DNA of 64,000 bases from Alphaproteobacteria bacterium (GTDB lineage: Bacteria > Pseudomonadota > Alphaproteobacteria > M2410). Positions 28,228 through 37,354 of this stretch are shown here, in pieces; the first letter of the stretch is position 1, and every line of letters starts with the position of its first letter. Both the position numbers and the translations under genes were made by a program. Where the stretch lies: positions 2,874-66,873 of the forward strand of contig SBGZ01000088.1 in the NCBI GenBank assembly GCA_006226415.1. Direction: 5' to 3'. Under the pieces are notes generated by a model. It worked only from the letters and a program-made list of their open reading frames with translations, ran no database searches and had not been told where the DNA came from.

Positions 28228-29598
28228 TCAGGCGGCAACCGCAGTCACCACGCGGTTCCGGCCCTCTTGTTTGGCCCGATAAAGCGCCTGGTCGGCCCGG
28301 CGCAAGAGCGCCTCAACGCAGTCCTCATCTCCCAGAGATTCGGCCACCCCGACAGAAACCGTAATGTCGATCTTATCGGTACCATTGCGAATGGCAAATG
28401 GCTTGGTTTCGACCTCCAGACGCAAACGCTCTGCCACAGGCAGCGCTGTATCCACATTTGAATCCGGCATCACGACCACAAATTCTTCACCGCCGTACCG
28501 GCAGGCCAGATCAACGCCGCGGGTATTGTGAGCCAGCCGAGACGCAAATTCCTTGAGCACTTCATCGCCAACATCGTGGCCATAGGTGTCGTTCACCTGT
28601 TTGAAGAAATCGATGTCGATAATCAGGAACGAAAGATTGCGCTTAGAAACCTTTGATTTCTCAAGCAAAGTATCCAGGTGCCCGGTCATATAACGGCGAT
28701 TGTAGAGACCCGTCAGCGGACAGGTAATTGCCATTTCCAGGCTGAGATGGAAGTTCTCGCGCAGCCGATCCGCATACCGCTTGCGCTTAAGCTGGGTCTT
28801 TACGCGGGCAAAGAGCTCATTGCGGTCGATCGGACGCATCAGATAGTCATTGACGCCAAGCTCAAGCGCTCGGGCCAGCTTCGGCATGTCGCCATCTTCG
28901 ATGAGGGCGAGAAGTGGCACATGGCGCGTCGCCTCCAATGTTCTCAGGTGCGAACACAGCCGCATGCCATCGAACCCCTGGATCGACAATGAAACGATAA
29001 TAAGGTCGTAATCGCCGCTGCGTGCCGCCTCAAGCGCCCCTTCCTGGGTTTGCTCGACATTGACTTCATGGACACTGCCCAGCGTATCGGCCACGCGCTT
29101 GGCCGTCACAGCCCGTTCTTCCACGAGCAAAATGCGCCCGGACGACAGATCTGTCTCCTGGTTGCCACTCGCCAAAATCCCAAGCGTACGACCGGTGGCC
29201 TCACGCATGCGCATTTCATCATTCATGGTTTTCAGGCGTACCAGGCTTTTCACCCGCGCCATCAGAGCGATGTCGTTAACCGGCTTTGTCAGGAAATCAT
29301 CCGCGCCGGCCTCGATCCCCGCCACCCGGTCAGAAGGCTGGTCGAGAGCCGTCACCATGACGACGGGAATATGCTCCGTTTCCGGGTTCCCTTTGATCGC
29401 CTTACACACCTCAAATCCATCCATGCCAGGCATCATCACATCCAGAAGAACCAGATCCGGCTCCTCGTCCTCGACGATCTTAAGAGCATCCGGACCGTTC
29501 AATGCGGTCAGAACCTCGAAATATTCCGCTGAAAGTTTAGCTTCGAGGAGTTTGACGTTAGCAAGAACGTCATCAACTACCAAGATACGCGCTGACAT
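28228..29598 (-). CDS. pleD: Response regulator / diguanylate cyclase PleD
   Basis: A REC domain is followed by a pseudo-REC and a GGDEF domain. The active site reads RYGGEEF and the I-site reads RGVD. The gene lies immediately downstream of divK. Confidence 0.9.
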   Translation of the reverse strand: MSARILVVDDVLANVKLLEAKLSAEYFEVLTALNGPDALKIVEDEEPDLVLLDVMMPGMDGFEVCKAIKGNPETEHIPVVMVTALDQPSDRVAGIEAGADDFLTKPVNDIALMARVKSLVRLKTMNDEMRMREATGRTLGILASGNQETDLSSGRILLVEERAVTAKRVADTLGSVHEVNVEQTQEGALEAARSGDYDLIIVSLSIQGFDGMRLCSHLRTLEATRHVPLLALIEDGDMPKLARALELGVNDYLMRPIDRNELFARVKTQLKRKRYADRLRENFHLSLEMAITCPLTGLYNRRYMTGHLDTLLEKSKVSKRNLSFLIIDIDFFKQVNDTYGHDVGDEVLKEFASRLAHNTRGVDLACRYGGEEFVVVMPDSNVDTALPVAERLRLEVETKPFAIRNGTDKIDITVSVGVAESLGDEDCVEALLRRADQALYRAKQEGRNRVVTAVAA

Positions 29599-29610
29599 GA
29601 CCCAAGCCCC

Positions 29611-29985
29611 TCAATCCGTAAATCTTTTTACTGTTTCTAGAAATTTCGCAACGGATATCGGCTTCGCAATATAAGCCTCACACCCACCGTCCCGAATTTT
29701 CTCTTCATCACCCTTCATCGCGAAAGCCGTCACGGCGACGACAGGAATTGAGGAAAGTTCGTCATCCTCTTTGATCCATTTGGTGACCTCCAGGCCAGAC
29801 ACCTCCGGCAACTGAATATCCATCAAAATAAGATCAGGGTGATGCTCTCGCGCCATGGCGAGTGCATCCATGCCGTCTCTGGTCTGCAAGGTCTGATAGC
29901 CATGCGCGTCCAAAAGATCATGGAAGAGCTTCATATTGAGCTCGTTGTCTTCAACAATGAGAACAGTCTTCGACATCGCGTCCAT
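29611..29985 (-). CDS. divK: Single-domain response regulator DivK
   Basis: Contains [18 protein letters not shown]...[16 protein letters not shown]...[15 protein letters not shown]...YIAKPI. The start could instead be the second ATG at 29976. Confidence 0.85.
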   Translation of the reverse strand: MDAMSKTVLIVEDNELNMKLFHDLLDAHGYQTLQTRDGMDALAMAREHHPDLILMDIQLPEVSGLEVTKWIKEDDELSSIPVVAVTAFAMKGDEEKIRDGGCEAYIAKPISVAKFLETVKRFTD

Positions 29986-30217
29986 CTACTCTCCGCCCCC
30001 CATTCGGATACCCGGGGAAAATGCAACGGGTTGACACCCTCACCACTCATTCGTGGGACTTTCATCCACCAAAAGGCCAAAACCAATTCGGCCTTCTACG
30101 GGTCACATAATGCCCAGAATATCGTTAATCAATGATTGAAGCATGGACACATTAAGGCGATTTCGTGGTAAACAGGGCCTCCAGACCCCCTCAAAACCGT
30201 GAGAATCCTTAAGATCT

Positions 30218-30496
30218 ATGAACCAGGAACAAGCGCAAATCATTGCCCTGCAAGTGTTGGCTTATGTAGCCGGTGAGGAAGCAGAACGCGAGGCCTTTTT
30301 GGCCCAAAGCGGTCTCTCCCCTGACGAGTTGAAGGCAAGCGCCACTGATTCGCAGTTTCTCGGGGCTGTCATGGATTTTCTTCTCAGCGACGAGGCCCGC
30401 CTCCTCGCTTGCTGTCAGAGCTGCGAGTGGCCACCGGAATTGCCCGCCCGCGCACGGTTGGAACTGCCCGGCGCCACCGCCGGAATTTGGATGTAA
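30218..30496 (+). CDS. DUF3572-family protein
   Basis: A small protein reading ALQVLAYVAGEEAEREAFLAQSGLSPDELK...FLGAVMDFLLSDE. It is divergent from divK-pleD, which is the usual alphaproteobacterial context. Confidence 0.7.
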   Translation: MNQEQAQIIALQVLAYVAGEEAEREAFLAQSGLSPDELKASATDSQFLGAVMDFLLSDEARLLACCQSCEWPPELPARARLELPGATAGIWM

Positions 30497-30508
30497 GGGC
30501 GGCGCGCG

Positions 30509-31171
30509 ATGATCAATCTTGTCCCGGAAATCAGATCTCAAATCGAAGCCATCGACCTACAGGAAGGCCGCCCGTTGATCCTGTGTGACGCCGATGAGGT
30601 GCTGTTCAAGTTTCTCGATGGGCTTGAACACTACCTTGAGAGCGAAGGGTATTGGCTCGACATGACGAGCTTCCGCCTCACCGGCAACGTCAAGGAACAG
30701 GGCTCAAATGAGGTCGTCGACGGCCTGCGGGTCAAGGAATTGCTGGACAGCTTCTTTAAGCACCGAACGGAGCACCTGGAGCCCGTCGAGGGCGCCGCTG
30801 AGGCCCTCGAGAGCCTCTCTGACCATGCCCAGATTGTCATCCTATCCAATCTCCCCCTGGCCCAGCGCCTGGACCGCGAAAAGGCCCTCGCCGAGCACGG
30901 CATGCCCTATCCGCTGGTCGCCAACCAGGGCATCAAAGGCCCCCCCGCCAAAGCTCTGGCCGATGCCGCTCGTGGATCGGTCACCTTTCTCGATGACCTC
31001 CCGCCCAACCTGCAATCCGTACGCGAGGCTGTGCCCCACGCCACATTGATCCATTTCATCGCCGACCCGCGCCTCGCCCAGCTGATCGGCAAGGCCGAAG
31101 CCAGCGATCTTCGTCTGGATACCTGGCCTGAGGTGCATGAATTGCTCTCGCGCCAATTGCGCCAGACCTGA
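30509..31171 (+). CDS. HAD-superfamily hydrolase
   Basis: Motif I-like LILCDADEVL is present, with a later LSN..... and a C-terminal FLDDLP (motif IV-like). Confidence 0.65.
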   Translation: MINLVPEIRSQIEAIDLQEGRPLILCDADEVLFKFLDGLEHYLESEGYWLDMTSFRLTGNVKEQGSNEVVDGLRVKELLDSFFKHRTEHLEPVEGAAEALESLSDHAQIVILSNLPLAQRLDREKALAEHGMPYPLVANQGIKGPPAKALADAARGSVTFLDDLPPNLQSVREAVPHATLIHFIADPRLAQLIGKAEASDLRLDTWPEVHELLSRQLRQT

Positions 31172-31176
31172 GCCCC

Positions 31177-32088
31177 ATGTCCTTCCGATTTGGCATAGAC
31201 CTTGGCGGCACCAAAATTGAAAGCATCGCCCTGGACGCGAGAGGACAAGAACTGGCGCGCAACCGAACCGCCACACCAAAGGGCGACTACCAGGCCACCC
31301 TCAAGGCCATCGTGGACCACGTTCATCGCCTGCAGCACGAAAGCGCCAGTTTTGGCAAGATCGGCATTGGCATCCCCGGCACGCTGGACCCGGACACCGG
31401 CCTTGTCAAAAACGCCAATTCGACCTGGCTCAATGGCAAACCTTTGGACAAGGACCTTGAGAAGCTTCTGCAACTCCAGGTGCGCATCGCCAATGACGCC
31501 AATTGCTTTGCCCTCTCAGAGGCCACAGATGGTGCTGGCAAGGGCGCAGACGTGGTCCTCGGCATTATCCTCGGCACAGGTTGCGGCTCGGGCATTGTGG
31601 CCCATGGCCGTATTCTGACCGGCCCCAATGCCATCGCCGGGGAATGGGGGCACAATGCCTTGCCCCGACCACGCGAAGACGAGCTGCCTGGCCCCGCCTG
31701 TTTTTGCGGAAATAACGGCTGTATTGAAACCTGGCTCTCCGGCACCGGCCTTGCCGCCCGCTTTGCCGAGACGACCGGCAGAGACCTTACAGCGGAAGAG
31801 ATCTGTAACCTTGCCGACGAAGGTGATCTGGAGGCCGAGGTGGCCCTTTCCACTTACGAGGATCGCTTCGCCCGAGCGCTCGCCGCCACCATCAATATTC
31901 TCGACCCGGATGTCATTGTGCTTGGCGGCGGCATGTCCAACGTCGACAGGTTTTATACGACCATCCCATCCCTGCTTGAACCTTACGTCCTGACCGAAAA
32001 TCTCAAAGTTAATTTGGTCAAACATCACCACGGCGATTCAAGCGGCGTACGCGGTGCCGCCTGGCTCTGGCCGCCCGCCCATGCCTAA
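31177..32088 (+). CDS. ROK-family sugar kinase (NagK/Mak-like)
   Basis: Contains [29 protein letters not shown] and the zinc motif GEWGH....[14 protein letters not shown]. Confidence 0.8.
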   Translation: MSFRFGIDLGGTKIESIALDARGQELARNRTATPKGDYQATLKAIVDHVHRLQHESASFGKIGIGIPGTLDPDTGLVKNANSTWLNGKPLDKDLEKLLQLQVRIANDANCFALSEATDGAGKGADVVLGIILGTGCGSGIVAHGRILTGPNAIAGEWGHNALPRPREDELPGPACFCGNNGCIETWLSGTGLAARFAETTGRDLTAEEICNLADEGDLEAEVALSTYEDRFARALAATINILDPDVIVLGGGMSNVDRFYTTIPSLLEPYVLTENLKVNLVKHHHGDSSGVRGAAWLWPPAHA

Positions 32089-32098
32089 GCCGAGCCCC

Positions 32099-33364
32099 AT
32101 GACTGCCGCCCTCTGCCGCAACTGTTTCACCCGCATTGAAAATGCGAGCCTTCGGCGTTGCCCCTCCTGCCATTCGCCCCGCGTTTTGCGTCATGACGAG
32201 CTTTTGAGCCTTGGTGTCGCTCATGTCGACTGCGATGCCTTTTATGCCGCTGTTGAAAAGCGGGACAACCCGGACCTCGCCAACAAGCCGGTGATCATTG
32301 GCGGCGGTAAGCGCGGTGTAGTGTCAACCGCCTGTTATCTTGCCCGCTCCTACGGCGTCCACTCCGCAATGCCCATGTTCAAAGCCCTCAAAGCCTGTCC
32401 AGACGCCACGGTCATCCGGCCTCGCATGAGCCACTATTCGGCAGTCGGCGCTGAAGTCAAAGCCATGATGCGTGATCTCACACCAATCGTTGAAAGCCTC
32501 TCCATCGATGAAGCCTTTCTCGACTTACGCGGAACCGAAAGACTGCACCATCAAAGCCCTGCAGAGACCATGGCCAAATTTGTGGCCCGTGTGGAAAAGG
32601 AAATCGGGATCACTGTTTCTGTCGGACTAAGCTACTGCAAATTCCTCGCTAAATTGGCCTCCGATCTCGATAAGCCCAAGGGCTTTTCAGTCATTGGCGA
32701 GGCCGAGGCGCTTGACTTCCTCGCTCGCCAACCGGTTTCGATGATCTGGGGGGTCGGCAAATCCATGGGGAATAAATTGGCCCGCGATGGCATTTCTAAC
32801 ATCGGACAAATCCAGAAGATGGATGAAAAAATGCTCGCCAAGAAATACGGCGCCATGGGACTTCGGCTTGCCCAGCTCTCTCGGGGTCAGGACGCGCGCC
32901 GCGTCAACCCGCACGCGCCGATGAAATCCATTTCCAATGAAACCACATTCTTCGACGATATTTCCGATCTCAAGAAACTGGAGGAAATCCTTTGGCGCCT
33001 CTCCGAGAATGTGTCGCACCGCGCCAAGAAGAGCAATCTGGCCGGAGAGACCATTCAATTGAAGCTGAGAACCGATCAGTTCAAAACCATCAGTCGCTCG
33101 CGAACGCTTCCTGACCCAACGCAGCTTGCGGACAAAATTTTTTCCCACGGTTCTGATATGTTGCGCAAGGAAGTCGGGACTCACAAGTTTCGCCTGATCG
33201 GCATCGGCATCGCCAATCTCTGCGATGGTGATTTTGCTGATCCACCCGACCTCATTGACAAAGAAGGCGGCAAGCGCGCCAGCGCTGAACGCGCCATGGA
33301 TATTGTTCGCGGCAAATTTGGCAAAGACGCCATAAACAAAGGCCGTGGCCTTAAATCGGATTGA
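32099..33364 (+). CDS. dinB: DNA polymerase IV with an N-terminal CxxC-x11-CxxC extension
   Basis: Contains [26 protein letters not shown] and the little-finger region. The start is ambiguous between the ATG at 32081 and the ATG at 32099. Confidence 0.9.
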   Translation: MTAALCRNCFTRIENASLRRCPSCHSPRVLRHDELLSLGVAHVDCDAFYAAVEKRDNPDLANKPVIIGGGKRGVVSTACYLARSYGVHSAMPMFKALKACPDATVIRPRMSHYSAVGAEVKAMMRDLTPIVESLSIDEAFLDLRGTERLHHQSPAETMAKFVARVEKEIGITVSVGLSYCKFLAKLASDLDKPKGFSVIGEAEALDFLARQPVSMIWGVGKSMGNKLARDGISNIGQIQKMDEKMLAKKYGAMGLRLAQLSRGQDARRVNPHAPMKSISNETTFFDDISDLKKLEEILWRLSENVSHRAKKSNLAGETIQLKLRTDQFKTISRSRTLPDPTQLADKIFSHGSDMLRKEVGTHKFRLIGIGIANLCDGDFADPPDLIDKEGGKRASAERAMDIVRGKFGKDAINKGRGLKSD

Positions 33365-33368
33365 TGGC

Positions 33369-34391
33369 TCAAACGGCCGGGAGAGGCAGTGTCATCCGTG
33401 CAATCCCGCCGCCTGCCAGGTAAAGCGGCAATAGATTGATTTGGCAAATGTCGCGCCCCGGGAACAACCCCGAAAACTGGCGCGCCACTTGATCATCCAA
33501 CGGATCATCAAAGGCGGGTAAAAGGATACCCTCATTGACGAAAAGGAAGTCAAGATAGGAAAGTGACAACCGATGCCCGTCCATCGAAAACCGGGCTTCA
33601 GGCTGCGGCACGTCGATCAATTCATATGTGTGACCATGGGTGCACCGACGGTCGGAAAGTGTGCGTCGCAGGTTCAAGGCCACGGCCCTGTTCGGGTCGC
33701 CCTCTTCCTTGGGGGCATTCAACAAGATCCGGTCCTGACCGATGAAGCGCGCTGAAAGTCCAACGCGCCCTCCACTGGTATCTCCATCAAACCCATCATC
33801 GACCCAGACGACATTTCGCGCTCCCAGGAAGTAAACCAATCGCTCCTCGACCTGGGCCTCATTAAGCGCCGGATTGCGCTCTTTGGAGAGCAGACATTCC
33901 CGGCTTGCCAGCACAGTGCCCCGACCATCCACTTCAAAGGCACCGCCTTCCAGAACCAAAGCGCTTTCATAGATGTCCAGGTTGAGAGCCTTCGCGAGAC
34001 GCGCAGCCACCCCTTCGTCCTGTTTAACCGGAACGCGGTGACCCCAACCATTGAACGTCCAGGCGCTGGCGGCACATGCATCCTCATTCACCAACAAACT
34101 CGGCCCGGTGTCCCTGATCCACGGACAGGCATAGTCGAGCGTCAACAGCTCAATATCGGGGCCCAGAGCCAAGCGGGCCTCTGCTTTATCTTCGGGGCGC
34201 ACCACCACGATGACCGGCTCAAAGCCGGCAACATGGCGCGCCAATGCGGAGGCCGCCAGGCGCGCATAATCAATCACCTCTGCCAGGGCATCGCTCGCCA
34301 CGGGCCAGCCGATAAGACAGCCATCCTGGGGCGCCCATTCAGGAGGAAGAAAATAACCCGCCGCCGCGGGGCTGTTGTCGAATCGAACCAT
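33369..34391 (-). CDS. Agmatine deiminase / PAD_porph-family protein with substituted catalytic motifs
   Basis: Family motifs are present: YFLPPEWAPQDGCLIGWP, PWIRDTGP, LEGGAFEVDGRGTVLASRECLL..ERNP. However, the GH.D loop reads GGRVG and the C-terminal GGGxxHC reads GGGIARM. I chose the ATG at 34391 (MVRFDN). Confidence 0.75.
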   Translation of the reverse strand: MVRFDNSPAAAGYFLPPEWAPQDGCLIGWPVASDALAEVIDYARLAASALARHVAGFEPVIVVVRPEDKAEARLALGPDIELLTLDYACPWIRDTGPSLLVNEDACAASAWTFNGWGHRVPVKQDEGVAARLAKALNLDIYESALVLEGGAFEVDGRGTVLASRECLLSKERNPALNEAQVEERLVYFLGARNVVWVDDGFDGDTSGGRVGLSARFIGQDRILLNAPKEEGDPNRAVALNLRRTLSDRRCTHGHTYELIDVPQPEARFSMDGHRLSLSYLDFLFVNEGILLPAFDDPLDDQVARQFSGLFPGRDICQINLLPLYLAGGGIARMTLPLPAV

Positions 34392-34511
34392 GAAAATGAT
34401 TGTGACAGAAAAACACCCTGCGCCAAGTGTCACCCGCGCAAAACCCTGTTCAACTGCCAGCAAGCCCGCTAGATTCAGACAAAACAACCATGAAGGAAAG
34501 ACCGTCCAACC

Positions 34512-34982
34512 ATGACAGGCGCCATTGATACCAAACTTTCAGAACTCGGTGTACAGCTACCTGAACCGGTGGCGCCCGTAGCCTCCTATGTCCCTTATGT
34601 CATTACCGGCAATCTCGTTTTTGTCTCGGGCCAGGTGCCCATTGAAGGTGGCAAGCTTCCCTACATCGGCAAGCTCGGCGCCGATGTCAGTCTCGAGGAT
34701 GGGCAGGCCGCCGCTCGCCTGTGTGCCATTAATATTCTCACCCAGGTGAAGGACGCGTGTGGCGGCGACCTCGACAAGGTGGTCCGCTGTGTCAAGCTTG
34801 GAGGCTTTGTGAACTCAGTTCCAGAGTTTGGCGACCAGCCGAAGGTCATCAATGGCGCATCCGACCTCATCGTCGAGGTGTTTGGCGACAAGGGTAAACA
34901 TGCCCGCGCCGCTGTGGGCGTGCCATCGTTACCCTTTAATGTAGCCGTCGAAGTCGACGCTGTTTTCGAGATCGCTCTTTAG
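34512..34982 (+). CDS. RidA/YjgF-family protein
   Basis: Contains GNLVFVSGQVP...AARLCAINIL....ARAAVGV.SLP....VEVDAVFE. Confidence 0.8.
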   Translation: MTGAIDTKLSELGVQLPEPVAPVASYVPYVITGNLVFVSGQVPIEGGKLPYIGKLGADVSLEDGQAAARLCAINILTQVKDACGGDLDKVVRCVKLGGFVNSVPEFGDQPKVINGASDLIVEVFGDKGKHARAAVGVPSLPFNVAVEVDAVFEIAL

Positions 34983-34994
34983 AGATTTCCCCCT

Positions 34995-35762
34995 ATGGAC
35001 CTCACCTGGATCAAATCCCGACCCATCGCTCACCGTGGCTTGCACGATGTCAGAAAGGGGGTCATCGAAAATACGCCGGCCGCCTTCGAGGCCGCGATTG
35101 CCGCAGGCTATCCGATTGAATTGGACCTTCAGCTGACAAGTGACCATGAGGCTATGGTTTTTCACGATGACAAGCTTGACCGGCTGACCTCATCAACAGG
35201 AAAGCTTTATCGCCAAACCTCAAGTGAGCTGCGCAAGCTGACAATCACCGGCTCGACAGCCACCATCCCGACTTTCGCCGATTTCCTCGATCTCGTAGAT
35301 GGCCGCGTGCCCATCCTGATCGAGATTAAAAACAAAACCGGTGTGGCGGGTCCCTTGGAAGAGCGCACCGCGGATCTTTTGAAGTCCTATAAGGGCGAGG
35401 CCGCTGTGCAATGCTTTGCCCCGCAGTCCATGGGCTGGTTCGCCGAAAACATGCCGCACATCCCACGCGGCCAGCTTTCCCAGCCCTACCCACCGGACCC
35501 GGCGCTCAATCTCAACTGGATCAAACGCTTTGTCTTGCGGCATATGCTTTTGAACCGGATCTCCAAGCCCCACTTTGTCGCTTACCGGATCGACGGCCTG
35601 TCAGGCGAAGCCGTCACCCGGGCTCGGCGTCACGGACTGCCAGTGCTTGCCTGGACTGTAAAGACGATTGGAGAGCGCCGCATCGCCGCCGCTCACGCCG
35701 ACAACATCATCTTTGAGAATTTCCTGCCCGAGGCCTCAAAAGGAGCCGCCTTTGATGGCTGA
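34995..35762 (+). CDS. Glycerophosphodiester phosphodiesterase family protein
   Basis: Contains IAHRGL....ENT..AFEAAI..GY.IELDLQLT.D...VFHD and EIK, as in GDPD proteins. Confidence 0.8.
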   Translation: MDLTWIKSRPIAHRGLHDVRKGVIENTPAAFEAAIAAGYPIELDLQLTSDHEAMVFHDDKLDRLTSSTGKLYRQTSSELRKLTITGSTATIPTFADFLDLVDGRVPILIEIKNKTGVAGPLEERTADLLKSYKGEAAVQCFAPQSMGWFAENMPHIPRGQLSQPYPPDPALNLNWIKRFVLRHMLLNRISKPHFVAYRIDGLSGEAVTRARRHGLPVLAWTVKTIGERRIAAAHADNIIFENFLPEASKGAAFDG

Positions 35763-36921
35763 GCGAACAGCCATATTGATCCATTCCCTCAAGGAAATCG
35801 CGCCTGAAGATTGGGATCGCTGCGCCAACCCGCAAGGCCTGCCCCACGACCCCTTTGTCTCCTATGCCTTTCTTTCAGCCCTGGAGGACAGTCACAGCGT
35901 CGAAGCTGAAACCGGCTGGGCGCCCTGCCACCTTATCCTTTCCGATGGCGATGAAATCCACGGTGTGGTGCCGATGTATCTGAAGAACCACTCCCAGGGC
36001 GAATATGTCTTTGACCATAATTGGGCCCATGCCTTTGAGCGAGCTGGCGGGAACTATTATCCCAAACTCCAGATCTCGGTACCCTTTACCCCGGCAACCG
36101 GACGGCGCCTCCTTTACGACCCGCAGAACCCAGACCCCGACACCGAACGCCAGCTCCTTGGCGGCATGATCGGCGCCGCCGATCAGCTGGGCGTCTCCTC
36201 CGCTCATTTGACCTTCGTCGACCCCGGACAGGCGGAGCGCCTGGCCGGCGCTGGCCTCATGCATCGCACGGATCAACAGTTCCATTGGGAGAATGCGGGC
36301 TACAACAGCTTCGAGGCATTCCTCGCCACCCTCGCCTCCCGCAAACGCAAAAACCTCAAAAAAGAACGGGCCCTCGCCGTTGAAAACGGTATCGAAATCG
36401 AATGGGTCACGGGCGCCAACCTCACCGAGGCCCATTGGGATGCTTTTTTTGAATTTTACATGGACACCGGCAGCCGCAAATGGGGCCGCCCCTATCTTAC
36501 ACGTGCCTTCTTCTCTCTCATCGGCGAACGCATGGCCGACCGGGTGCTTCTTGTCATGGCCAAACGCGAGGGCCGCTACATAGCTGGCGCGATCAATTTC
36601 ATCGGAGATGAAACCCTATTCGGGCGTAACTGGGGCTGTATTGAAGATCACCGGTTTCTGCATTTTGAATGCTGCTATTATCAGGCGATTGATTTCGCCA
36701 TCGCGCACGGTCTGAAACGGGTTGAGGCCGGCGCACAAGGCGCACACAAATTGGCGCGCGGCTACATGCCGACCAAAACCCACAGCCTGCACTGGGTGCG
36801 TGACCCTAATTTCCGCTCGGCCATCGAAAACTATCTGGATGAAGAACGTCGTTACATCGAGCGGGAGATTCAAGAAATGAGCGCCCACGGTCCTTTCAAA
36901 TCCAACGATCCGACGAACTAG
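35755..36921 (+). CDS. GNAT/FemAB-like N-acetyltransferase (DUF482 family)
   Basis: ATG at 35755 overlaps the upstream stop. The product contains WDRCANP..PHDPFVSYAFLSALE.S and ...KRKNLKKER...NW. Confidence 0.7.
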   Translation: MAERTAILIHSLKEIAPEDWDRCANPQGLPHDPFVSYAFLSALEDSHSVEAETGWAPCHLILSDGDEIHGVVPMYLKNHSQGEYVFDHNWAHAFERAGGNYYPKLQISVPFTPATGRRLLYDPQNPDPDTERQLLGGMIGAADQLGVSSAHLTFVDPGQAERLAGAGLMHRTDQQFHWENAGYNSFEAFLATLASRKRKNLKKERALAVENGIEIEWVTGANLTEAHWDAFFEFYMDTGSRKWGRPYLTRAFFSLIGERMADRVLLVMAKREGRYIAGAINFIGDETLFGRNWGCIEDHRFLHFECCYYQAIDFAIAHGLKRVEAGAQGAHKLARGYMPTKTHSLHWVRDPNFRSAIENYLDEERRYIEREIQEMSAHGPFKSNDPTN

Positions 36922-36932
36922 GAGAAACTCTC

Positions 36933-37349
36933 ATGTCCTATGATCCCGACAATATTTTCGCCAAAATCATTCGCGGTGAACTGCCAAGCTTCAAGGTTTA
37001 CGAAGACGACGAAACCTTTTCCTTCATGGATATTTTCCCGCAAACCAAGGGTCACACGCTGGTCATCCCCAAAACCGCGGGAAAAGATCTTTTTGGCACC
37101 GAAGAAAAAGATGTGCTCGCTGCCATTCGCACCACCCGCAAAGTCGCCGCCGCCGTCGACAAAGTGCTGCAGCCCGATGGTATGCGCATTGCCCAGTTCA
37201 ATCGAGCACCGGCGGGCCAAACGGTCTACCACCTGCACTTCCACATCCTGCCGGTGTTCGAAGGCATCGCTTTCAAGCACCACAACACCGAACAAGCGGA
37301 CATGGACGAGCTCAAGGAACTCGCTGCCAAAATCGCGTCAGAGCTTTAA
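36933..37349 (+). CDS. HIT-family nucleotide hydrolase
   Basis: IFAKIIRGELP is present, along with the histidine triad VYHLHFHILP. Confidence 0.85.
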   Translation: MSYDPDNIFAKIIRGELPSFKVYEDDETFSFMDIFPQTKGHTLVIPKTAGKDLFGTEEKDVLAAIRTTRKVAAAVDKVLQPDGMRIAQFNRAPAGQTVYHLHFHILPVFEGIAFKHHNTEQADMDELKELAAKIASEL

Positions 37350-37354
37350 CCCAT

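Noticed and set aside
30125-30139. A CtrA-box-like sequence TTAA-N7-TTGA upstream of divK. A second one lies at 9513..9527.
   Set aside because: Only one half-site matches the TTAA-N7-TTAA consensus. Such half-matches are expected by chance in AT-rich spacers, and I found no full-consensus site in the window.
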